64,000 nucleotides of DNA. It comes from Pelomyxa schiedti. Lineage: Eukaryota; Protista; Evosea. The stretch is from NCBI GenBank assembly GCA_020536535.1, contig JAHLWZ010000381.1:35324-99323 (forward strand), read 5' to 3'. Positions 11,201 to 22,600 of the stretch are shown here, piece after piece. The notes under the pieces were generated by a model. The model made no database searches and was not told the origin of the DNA. It saw nothing but the letters and a program-made list of their open reading frames with translations. Each line of letters opens with the position of its first letter. Position 1 is the stretch's first letter. The translations under genes and the position numbers were made by a program.

Positions 11201-14200
11201 GGGGAAACCGATTTTGTCGGTCAGATGTTTCCTCACGGAATCATATGAAAAACTGTAGTGCAAAATCTCAGGAGAAATTAATCCATCGGCAGTAACTTCT
11301 GGAAAAATAAAAACAGGTGAGGGATTGGACTCCACTCGTGTAATTGTGTGTGCCTCCTGGTCAATGATCATGGTAATGTTGGATTCCTGGTTGGGGTTGG
11401 TGGTGAGGAGTATCACTGATTTCCAAGACGGGGAGACAACAACCGAGTTCCAATCCACCCTTTGCAGTGGAAGCTTGATTGGTTGCTCTGCTACCAAGTT
11501 TGGTGTTGAAACGCCCCCAGTTTCCATTGATGATATATCATCACCCTCCCTCTCAGGCCCACGGTTTCCTCCAAAAATCAAGTTCAGTACGCAGAACAGA
11601 TTGTGTGGATCCATCGGGATGTCTTGGTCAGAGAAAACAACAAACCTTTCTTCACCAGTTGTGTCTGAGCCTTTGGTGTTGTTCTCTTCAGCTGTACCTT
11701 TCTTTCTTGTGAGAGCAATACCAAGCTTCACAGCCACCTCAGCTTCCTTTGATGGGAAGAAAGCTAAAGCTTTGATGTCGTGCCCGGTGAGTGTATTGTT
11801 GTGCTGGACGACTGCACCGCTGTTTAAATCCCAAACAAAGACAGTGGAGGAGTCACACCCAGCAAGGAACCTTCCATCAGAGGAGAAGCATAGATGTGAA
11901 TTAAGCGTGTTTGCCATGTCGAAGCCATTTGGAAGGGGCAACTTTTTGAGACCATCACTTGTCCACATCTCATGCACAAAACCCCACTCGGGCGATGTCT
12001 CGGCATCCTCCACGTGTTCCCCTCTTTCTTCGTCTGAAGGTGGGTGTTTCCCAGGCTCGGAAGTACCCTTTTCTTTTGACTTGGCTGATGACGAACGGGA
12101 GTGCCGCTTACTGTCAGTTTCCTTTGCTTTTGCTGGCCTCCTTGTGGCTGTCAGTACTTTGGATTTGCAAGCAGCAATACAGTGGCAAGGCCAACTCTCA
12201 GTGACCTGCAGATTTCTGGGCAACGCTTTGATCTCATAAATCTGGGAGTCTCCCAAATAACCAAGTGTGTCTTCACCAGTGAAGAAGCACTTTTGTGCCA
12301 CGTCGCAGTTTACACTCTGCGACTCGACGTGCAGCAACTGTGTCCCAGCAAGAAGCCATGTCCCTTTGGGTGAGAAAGAGAGGACAGAGAAGAATCGAGG
12401 ATCACTGACTTGGTGCTCAAAAAGCATGTGGAATGAATGCAAGTCCTTCTCAGAGAACTCCCACACCGTCACCTTTCCTGTTTGTTTGGAAAATCCGGCC
12501 AGTTTGTTTCTTGTTGGTGACACAGCAAACATTGAAATTCCACTCCCAATGTTCGTGGGTGTGTCTTTTAGTGGCGGTGGGGTGCTTGAGAGTTCCCCCG
12601 GTACCCCCCAGAATGGAGGACTCTTGTTCGTTGTCAGCAAAAGAGAAGACCCAATGAAAAAGTGAGCAAAGCAACCATCGAGGACGTGCTGTGGAAGTAC
12701 AACCACCCCTGCCTGTGCACTCTCTGTAACTGCTGTTGTGGTCTCTTTTACTGAGCCATCAGGTGAAGCTGGGGCGGGCAGGGAAAATATGAACGTTGCC
12801 GAACGTTCTTCCACTTCTTTTGAAATCGTGAGAACAGTGGAATCTGATGAGAAGCAAATGCTTTTGATTACGGCAGCTGACGAACCACATAGAGCTGATG
12901 ATATTCCAGTCTTTGATGATGCCGAACCTTTTTTCAGTTCCATGGATTTCGGAAGGTCGACATTGACGCAGGTATTGGAGGGAATGTCCAGAACCAACAC
13001 AGATTGATGATGCTCTTCATGCACAACCAGGCATATTTTCTTTCCATCAGGAGAGAATTTGCACTGGTCGCACTTAACTTCGGGGCCCACTTCTTTGAAT
13101 TCTAGGTCCTCGTCATTGACATCACACAACAGTGGGTGGCCTTTGTTGCGTGGGCATGCACACAACCTCGTTCCGTCCACAGTCACATCAACGCAGGCAA
13201 GGCCCACACCAAAATCGAAGGCAACCCTCTCATTGAAGCTCACGCCTGTCATGTTGCAGTTTCTGAGGTCGGCACCACACAACCACACCTGCCCCATTTT
13301 GCAGTCACTGAAATCGGCCCTCACCAAATCTGCACCACCAAATATTCCACTGCTCAGGTCTGCACTGTTGATGTGAATGCAACGCAAGTCCACGTTGGAG
13401 AAGTTTTGTTTTCCTTGAATAAGAAGCATCATCGCAGTTGATGCTGCTCTGTCAGCCCTGTCTAACCTCGCTTTGTTGTTGCCGTTGGAACGGTTTGTCC
13501 ACTTTGAGTTCTCAACGAGGAGGAGGAGTGCTTTTCGCAGACTGAATGCATCTTCCACTGCGTCATCCCTCCTCATCATCTCCAGTAAAAATCTGATAAC
13601 GTCGTTGACTTTGACAAGCGTATACTGATTTATAAGGAGTTCTTTTGGATATTTCACAACCTTCGTTCTTCTTCCCTGCTCTTTTGCAGCTTGCATCTTC
13701 CTCAACCTCCTTCGAAGGTCGATAACAACGCTCAAGCTTGGTCTGAAGTTATTTTTTGTGACTGTGTAGTCGACCTCTTCTTCAAGGTGCATCTCAGGCT
13801 TCAGTGTTCTGGAGAGAACCGATTCGCAAGCCTCTTTAACACTGCTGACTTCAGTGGTTCTGCTAGAGCTCATTTCTTCCAGGATGTCAGCTATGACTTT
13901 TTCCTTGTCAATAGAGGAACCCTTCTGTGCCTCAGGGTGGGAGTGAGCCTCTTTGATCTTCTTCATCCATTTGTCAAGACGTTGCCTTCCCCCAATCGCA
14001 GAAAGTATCTTGGCCAAAATTTCTCTGAGTCTCTTGAAATTTTCCTCCTGTTGCTGGTCCGAGGTGGCAGCAGTAGAGGCTGAATCGTCTGTGTTTGTGG
14101 CAGTAACTGTGGAGCTGGTTGCAGCCTTACCAGAAGAGGTGCTTTCGGGTGGGATTTGTTGCTTGGCAACCGCAGTTTCTTCATCACCAGAGGTGGTGCC

Positions 14201-17200
14201 GACAATCGGCGTTGCAGAGTTGCTCTCACTTGGTGTGCTGGTGCTTGGTGGCAACACACGATACTCCAAAAAGCAATCCTTGCAGATCTTAAAGTCGCAT
14301 TTGTAACAATACCAACCATTGGCATCAGGATTCCAAGACTCACGTACAGCTTGACAGCAGTCACATGCCCAACAGTAAGACATGCCCTGAGTAGCCCAGT
14401 CACAGGCGAATTGTGGCATGTATTCCATCTTGTGGTCATGGATAGACACTTCGGCCAGGACAAGAGGAGGGGGATGTGCCATCAGGAGGAGTGCGTCTTT
14501 GTGTTGCTTGAAAATCATTTTAACCCCATAAAATGGATCATCAGCCGGCTCTGAAACATTGTCAGTTGGACCCATCATGGTTTCAAAGAACTTTGTGTAC
14601 TCATCGTGACCTTCCACTGCTGGCAACCACTGGACTTTTTCACTGATTTCCTCAACAATCGCACTCACAATCTCGTGAGCTGTCTCGCGGTAGTTGCTCT
14701 GCATGAACTTTATTGTCTCCCTGCACTTCACTTGCGGAAAGTTCGAGAATGGCATGCTGGAACAGAGTTGGATCTCCTTGTAAATCTTGTAAGCAATGAA
14801 GTATTCCTGAAGCGACTTGTGGAGGAACATGAACGTGTTGGCTCCCTTCTTCTGAACAGGACACCCAGACAGGACGAGTTGGGTGCTCCTGTTCGTGGGG
14901 CTGAAGAACCTCTCGAGTGGGTTGTTCTGATCGATCACCTCGACACCCTGGCTGTTCAGTGTCCACACGGGACTGTATTGAAGTGCTGTCGCTCCCTTCG
15001 TGAACATGAAGATCGCGAGGTTCTCGGAGAACGACCTGAAGTCCTCGATGATGTCACCACCAACCTGGAAGTTGAACTTGACCTCCTCGACGTCGTCGGT
15101 GAGGTGCTGAGTGCACTGTGCCATCCTCTCTGGTGTGATCTTCGACTTTTGCCTCTGGAACCACTGTTCCACGAACCTGTCATAAAGTTCAAGCCTCGTC
15201 AGGTTCGTTGACAGCTCCATCGACAATGCCGGCGCACTGTTTCCGCTGTTGCTGCTGTCGTCGAACCTCTTCCTGCTCCTGTCCTGCTCCATCTGGTCGA
15301 CGAGGGTGGGGAGGATTTCCATGAACATTGTGAGGATGAACGGAGTCCTCAGCAGCTCCTCCACACCTTTCAGGAGTTCCTTGTGTTGGTTGAACAGGTC
15401 CGCGCTTCTCTTGCCCTGAGACCCTCCAAACGTGGAGTATTTTTCGACGTATTCCTTGATTTTGTGCCGTGTGAATGGTTCGATAAACCAGCACAGAACT
15501 TCTGGCTGCTCGGCAACCTGTATGGTTGTGTCTGATGACTTGCCAAGAGGACCACCAACAGAAGGAGGGACTCGCCAGTCAGTTTGAGCGCTTCCACTTG
15601 CTCCTGCCACTGTGGTTGTCGCAGCAGATTTTCCATGCTTAGTGCCGCTGGAACCACCAAGGCAACAGAAACTCTGGAAGAAATTTTGCCCAATCTTCTC
15701 AGGCCTGCTGGACACCAAGACCTGAGAGTGTTTCCAGTCACCAAGTTTGTTGGCTTGGCAGATGTTCACACCAACCTCGAGGGTGATCTCGTCATAACCA
15801 TCGAGGATGAACAACACACGCCTCCCTTCCTTGATTTCATCAATGTTGCTCTGCGAGAACCCAAGTGATGTCAATGCCTCTTGCTTGGGTTCTTGATTGT
15901 TGCAAGTGAGATGAAGATCGGGATGACGTGGCACCTGTCATACGACTCCCACAGGAGTTTTTCCACAAAGTGCCCGAATGTTGACTTTCCAGTTCCACCA
16001 GGACCAACAAGGACAAGTGTTTTGGTTGGCGGTGGGGCTGCGGCTGCTGTGCTTGTTGTCTCTGTTGTTGTTGAAGACGAGGATGAGGAAGAGGAGGAAT
16101 GAGACCTCCCACTGTGGTGGCGATGAGACTGTGACGTGACTGGAGGATCCAGTTTCAGTAATTTTTTGAACAGGGTGTCAGTCAACGGTGGTGTAGCCTT
16201 GTCAAGGACGCCCTCCCTGCAATTGCTTTCAACGTATGTCTTGAGTAGAGTATCGAGCTGTGGATCTTCCAAAGTGCGCTTCCTGAGATCCATCACCTGG
16301 TCATCAACAGAGTCTTTGAGTGTTGCCAACACCTCCGCCTTGGCTTTCATGAACAGTTCTGATGTGCACAAAGAGTCTTCTGCTACCGCGGTTTGCGGTT
16401 TGGTGGGTGGAATCAACATCTTGAACTGGAAAATTGGGTGTATATCGTTGTTGGCACTTACTGGTACCGGCAGTGTGGGAGGAATTGGGTGGGTTTGGAG
16501 GAAAAACAGGAAACTGAGTTTCACCGGGCTCAAGTGTGCCTTTGCCTGTGCTGAAAAGTGTGCATCGCTCTTGTTCAACTTGTCATCAAAGCAACTGATC
16601 ACTTCTGCTGTTGGTCGCTCTTTTGGGCGTGGAGCAGCAAGAGTTTTCTCGGAAAGGAGGATGCGTTCTGCTGGACCAGTTTCCTTGGGTGCAACGTACC
16701 ACCATTGTCCCTTTTCTGAAAGGTAAATCAGTGCCGGGCAATCAATATCGGAGCACGAACTCTCAAACTGGCTCTTCCGAGGGTAACACGCCAACCCAAA
16801 GTTGAGCCCGTTCTTGGTGTCTCTATTTGTCTGGTGTCTTGCCTCCTCTGTTTGGATGAAGTCCATCACTTCTTCCAGGATCTGCCAGGCAGTGCTTCCG
16901 ATCGGAGGAGGCATCGTTGAATACTCACGAAGCTTGATGACCACCATCATCAATCCAACCTCCGAGTTGAAGAACTTCATCAGGGTGCTGTCGCGATAAT
17001 CCTCACCAACAAGAATTCCCTTGAGCTGCGCCAGTGCCCAGTTCTTCATGTCGACGTTGTCGTGGAGCGGTTCAGATTTGATTACGTTGTCGAGGAGATT
17101 GACGTATCCAAGGCTGAAGTCATGTTCACCTTCAATGATCGCATTGAGCTGGCTTGTAATCTCACTCGCTTTCCTTTTGAGAGTGTGTGCTGTGGTTAAT

Positions 17201-18667
17201 ATTGTATCCTTCACCTTGTTGCCTGCTTTAGCCAGTGTACCCATGATCACACCGGGCTTCGCCGAGTCACCAGAGGTTGATGGTGGTTCTGCCGTTGTTG
17301 CCTCCTCTTTTTTTGCCGCATCGGCTTCATCACGCAACTCTTCACTGTGACGAATGCCAACTTTCCTGGACTTGGAGTAAAGACGTTCGATGGTGCTCTT
17401 CAATTCCTTCTGTTTATCTGGATGCAACGGTTTGAGCTCCTTCGAACCGACAGTGAGCTGCCACAACATCAAGTCAATGAAGAAAAGAACATCCATCCAA
17501 GACTTCTTGATGTAAATGTCGGCAACGCACTCCTTCAGCTCTGAGACACAGTTGAAAACCTCTCTGATGTCGTATTGCATGGCCAGATTTGCAATTGCGC
17601 CGACGGCCATGTACGCGTGACCAAGACGGGCGGCGACGTCGGCGAGGGGATCACCGTCATCTTGAATTCGCTGAAGATTCTGCTTGGCAACTTCGGCCTC
17701 TGCGGCGACGTAACACTCGAGGCTCTTGTAATTCGCGTATCGGTCCTTCATCGCCTGGAGGATCCCGAGCGACTTCTTCTTGTCCTCCTCGTCGAGACCC
17801 CTCACGCCCGATGCCCACATCGCTCGGAGCAGCTTGTTGAACCCCTTGAGTATCTGAAACACCCTGTCTGCGTTCTGCTGTTGCGAGTGAAGTGTCTCGA
17901 TCTTCGCGATGAGCATTCGATAGATCACGACGAGGTTCTCCACCGGAATGTGCCGCGACGAGCACTGGAAGAGAACCTCCGCCAGTCCCTCGATCATCGG
18001 AACGTCGAACAGCACGTTCTGGTCGATGGTGTTCGCGAGTGCTGTCACGAGCATCTGGACAACTTCCCCGTCGTCCACCCTCGCAAGCTGTATGATCTCG
18101 CGGATGAGGGCAGGAGTCTTGCTTGGTGTCGAAACGAAGTTGTCGATCATCTTGATTGCCAGACTCTGAAGTGCCCTTTGGCCTACCTTGTCGTTGACGA
18201 CCAGCGAACACATGAACTGTTCATCGGCATCGGAATTCTCCAAATCAGCTTTCGCACCCAAAACAGCCTGGGATGTTGGCACTGGAAAATACTCCGAGAC
18301 GAAGGACTTCGTAGTGTCGAACATCCTTCTGAGGATGTTCTTCTTCACCTCCGCTTTGCCTTCAGGAGCTGGAGTTGGCACAGTTCCGCTTCCCATGGGC
18401 GGAGGTTGCTCGGCGGCCCTCTGGTGCTCAGCAGTCACGAAACACTCGAGCTTGTTGAACCTGTCCTCGACGAGTTTCTCTCGGTTGTATGCCAGTGCTG
18501 CTACCAGTTGTGCTCCTGATGTCACGTTTTGAACTCGCTTCGCGCGAGACTCTTGTGGAGCACTTGGATGTTCTCCTCCTTTTTCATGCGAGCTGCTGTG
18601 ATGGTGGCTTGACGCAGTGGAAGACAGAGCAGTGGACGTTGTGGGGGTGCCTCCCCCATCCGTTGGT
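8213..18667 (-). pseudogene. NLR-like NACHT gene, copy A (Arm-like - NACHT - C1 - pentapeptide - WD40-like - nucleoredoxin-like - 9x DC1); frameshifted
   Basis: ORFs 15871..18525, 10262..15934 and 8213..10207 are colinear with copy B. Walker A GPGGTGKS (15982-16005), Walker B LFILDGYDE, FMFLHKSLQEYF. Intron 10222-10293 joins the DC1 exon in frame. There is a 13-nt deletion at ~15880 relative to copy B and no ATG equivalent to copy B's start. Pseudogene status could be an assembly error. Confidence 0.75.
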
Positions 18668-18838
18668 TTTTACCTCGTTTGGGATAGGCAAAACGGACAC
18701 ATCTGGAGAAAAGGCGACAACAGCTGTATTGGACGTTTTATTTGACTGAATGTCCAATAAAGAAACTAGTGAAGATGTCGGTCTGTGGTTTTTTTTTATT
18801 CGCTTAGGATCGGAATTTCGTTGGACTTCATTTTCGTT

Positions 18839-19461
18839 ACTCGAGGAGCTCACAGGGCGTTTGTTTTGTTTGACGAGGATGGGGACGACAGGCTCGATGC
18901 CGAGGAGCTCACAAAGCTAATGCGCTCCTTTGGTGTGTACCTTTGTGTGGCTTAAAGTAATCCAGTCTTGGTACACCATCAGCCCCTCCCTGGCTGAATT
19001 AAAAAAACACACAGCACAGGACCCATCGTCGAGGGACATCAGAGCGATGCTGGATGGTTGAGAGCTGAAACCGCATAACACTAACTCAGTCACAGAAAAA
19101 GGGAAACTGACATTTGAGAGCTTCATCAACGTGATGAGGGACAAAATTTCGAACACCAACACTGAGCTCGCCATCAAGCAGGCCTTTGATGTGCGTGTGG
19201 CCAGTCTTCCCCTTCACTTCCCCCATCATCACCATATCACCATTCTTTTTTAACCATCTTTTTCTGATGCAATTTACAGTTCTTTGACAAGGATGGAAGC
19301 AGGACAATCGATGCGGAGGAATTCAAAAAGGTGAAACGGGTTGCCCCAATCTCCTTGCCTTGTCCTCTCTGACATCACAAAACCATCAACACACACGCTC
19401 AGGTCATCACATTCCTTGGACAACACCTTGAAGACGAAGCAGCCATGGACCTCTTCAATGA
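18839..19461 (+). pseudogene. Truncated, frameshifted copy of the calmodulin-like gene
   Basis: Reverse-complement match to ~51330-51974, including introns. It lacks the start (MTSTKDEVLAEQ), has a 1-nt deletion (cacagggcg vs cacagaggca), and similarity stops after ...GACCTCTTCAATGA, before the last EF-hand loop. Confidence 0.85.
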
Positions 19462-19669
19462 TACAACCACGATGGTGGGGGCAGTGACACCTGGGTGGGA
19501 CCTATGCTGCAACAGCACGACTGGATCCCAAAACCAACTTTTTCCCAGTCTTTCCTCGGGGAGATGTGGAGGAGCTGCACTCACAAAGCTCTTTTAAAAC
19601 AAAATTCTTGTATTTTTGTTCTGGAATTAAAAAATAAGTTACAGGAATGTGGCACAGTGTCATGTAATT

Positions 19670-22600
19670 TTATGGCTGATGTGGAATATTGGCTCTTTCA
19701 AACCCCACTTGCCATTGTGCTCTTTGGTCAGAAGGAACATGAAATTCAATAGTGCGCTTTTGGCCAGAGTCTTTGTAGTCTGTGTAAAAAGTTAGGTTTG
19801 TCAAACTTTTCAAAGGAGGCAAGGTACCAATGCGAAGTGTGGAGCCTGCCATGTGACAGCAAGTTATGTCTGTTGTTGGAATTTCAAGACCCTGTGCCAA
19901 CAATTTATAATTAGATAAATGTGGAAAGAAAAAAGCGTACCTTGAATCCAGAGGCTGATTTGGTAGTGAATTTATACTGAGTTAGTTTACATTTCACTTG
20001 TTGTCCCGTGGAAAATGTCAGCTTTCCTGTGAGATCTCTTTTAACCAAAGGAGGAAAAGAAAAGCCATACCAGAGACTAACTTTCTGCTGAACAACGCTC
20101 GTGAAAGCGCCGAAACCGGAGTACTTGGAGCCTTGGTGACAACAATTTCAGTGGGTGGTGGAATTGAAGTGTTGGGAAGAAGAAATTCAATTGGCTCGAA
20201 TGATGATCGCGAGGCGCCAGTATCGAATTGTTGCAGAACGAGTTTGAAGCAACACACCATCCTTGGGCCACTTGTGGTTATTGCCCACAAATATCCGGAC
20301 TTGCTCGAATCACTGTCAGGCCAGAAGTGCATATCTCCCACAAGTGGGATGTCACAGTGCCGGATGGCGGTTGGTGGGTTTGACTGGGTGAGAGTAGAAA
20401 CTCGGGCACTGGCAAACTGCTGAGAGCGGGCTTTTTGGACCATACAGCCGTAGGCAATGGGGATTGGCATTAGTGTTGTCTGGAGGAAAGGCTCTGGTTT
20501 GCAAGCGGATTTGGTTAAGCCAGCAGATGTAAAGATTGTAGAACAGTCCTGAGCCGAAAAAGTGTCTGCCTTATGTGCTGTGCTTACAGCGGAAGAAAGC
20601 TCCACAAGTAGTCCTGAAAAATCCCACCCTATAATGTCACCTGTGTTATCACCTGTCCACACCTTATCCAAGCCAATGCAAATAGCGCTAAGAACACCCT
20701 GTGTGCCTTTCCCAACAGGTCCGCTGAGATCTATCCTGCACAGCCATCTGAGTGTACCACAGTGCCAAATATGAACAAGAGTAGATTTTTGAAGAAGCGC
20801 GAACACAAAATCTCCAATATGGGCTAATTTGCTCACTTTGCCATCAGATGGAATAATATTCACTACAGAACTGTCTATGTTGATCACACACAAGCAGTTT
20901 TTGGCCGTACCAACCCACACTTGATTGGCACATTGCAAAATGCACACAGGTATCATGCCTGGTCCTAGAGCTATTCTTCTGATGAGGGTTCGTTTCACTA
21001 CGTCGATGCCCAGTACTTCCGGTGAGCCATCACAGCAGCACCAAAGTTCATGTTGTCCATTGAATGTCACATCACACATTGCAATGATGAAGGAGTGAAA
21101 GCCTTCAAGTGTCAGGCTATCTTCCAGACTAAGAGTCAGCTGTTGCGGGGATGAGCAATGCCCTTCAACTTGGTTTTCTGGAAGGAAATATATTCGCCCA
21201 TCAGAGGTACCAATGCAAACTCTTCCAGAGACAAATGCACTGCAGAGTGGTTTCTTTGTTGTGGGAGCAGCAACTGTCTGAGAGGCAGACTGAAACAAAA
21301 CTTTCCTTGATGAAAATCCAGATGAAGTGGCAGTCTCATAAGGAATAGGAGATAGAGATTTTTCTGGGAATGACGGGCACCTCAAAATTTTCCCATCATC
21401 TAACGTTAAAACAACAAAGCCCTTTGTGTGAACAGAGCATATTGTCCTAATCTTGTTCTCTGGACTACATTCTGCAATCAGCTGTAGATCATACATATCA
21501 ATTATCTGGTTAAGTGCACCATCCAACTCTTCCTGGTAACGCACTAGTGATGTGTTACTGAAATTTTCTTTGCTGTGGTTAGTGGATGGGGAATACGACC
21601 TGCAGTTGTAAGAAGCTGAACCAGAGCCTGGGCATCTGGGCGCAGTGCTTCACGTTCCCAGCAGTTCAGTATCAAGGTTCGTAGTGCCAAAGGACAAGTA
21701 GTTGGTATTTCTGGGCGCAGTCCATTAATAATAAGCTCCTTTGGTCCTTGTTCATTTACTCTAGAAATCTCCCTCACAACTCTTTCTGCTGTCTTTGTCA
21801 CTGTGATTATATTTTGTGCATGGTCCAAAATTCGTGTGAGGAGAGTTCTCTTCCATTCTAGAACACTAATCTTGCCTTCCAATTTGCTCTTTTCCTCTAT
21901 CAAATCTGTGGAGGCACACAATGGGTCGTGTTCTTTTGCCATCATTTGGCTCCTTATCTGTGTTATCTCCTTCTCAACTTCTGGAAGTTGAGGCCCGAAG
22001 GACTGGCAATCAGCTCTGGCATCTTTAAGATCCTCCTCAGAGTATGTTTTGGTGGGAGTCATGTAAACCTCCTGTGGTACAGTTTTAGAGTATCCAGGTT
22101 TGTGGTCTAATTCCCAGAAGGGCTCATGTGGTGGGTTAACGAGTTCCAGTAGTATCATTCCAAAACTATAAATGTCTTCAGCACAATAATGATTAGTCTC
22201 GGAAACCATGAAGAAGGCGGTACCTGAGGCAAGACCATAATTAGCATTTTGTGAGAGAACTTCAGGTGCAAGCCATCTCCATGTGCCCAAAGTGGTGGAA
22301 GTGGTCATAATAGATCTTGTGGTCAGGCCATAATCGCCAACCTAGAAAAATCAGATTTCAGACAGGAGATATCAATAACCTTTGCACAGACACTGGCATG
22401 AATATCCTTTGATATTATAAATATATTTGGTGAACGCAGATCCCTACTCGTATGAAAAAGGGATGGAAAATATTGGAACTGACCTGTGAATGAACCCATT
22501 TGGTGGGACGTTGTGCAGAGCATGGAGACCTTTGGCAACATCCAAAGCTATCCGGTAAACCAGAGCACTACTGATCGGTTCAGAAGAGTTGAGTAAGCTG

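Noticed and set aside
15871-15934. Programmed ribosomal frameshift between overlapping ORFs
   Set aside because: Explained by a 13-nt deletion relative to copy B; no slippery heptamer seen.
8175-18532. Many long plus-strand ORFs antisense to NLR copy A (e.g. 11325..12239, 17575..18519) and their mirrors in copy B
   Set aside because: Shadow ORFs caused by GC3-rich codon usage; no independent motifs.
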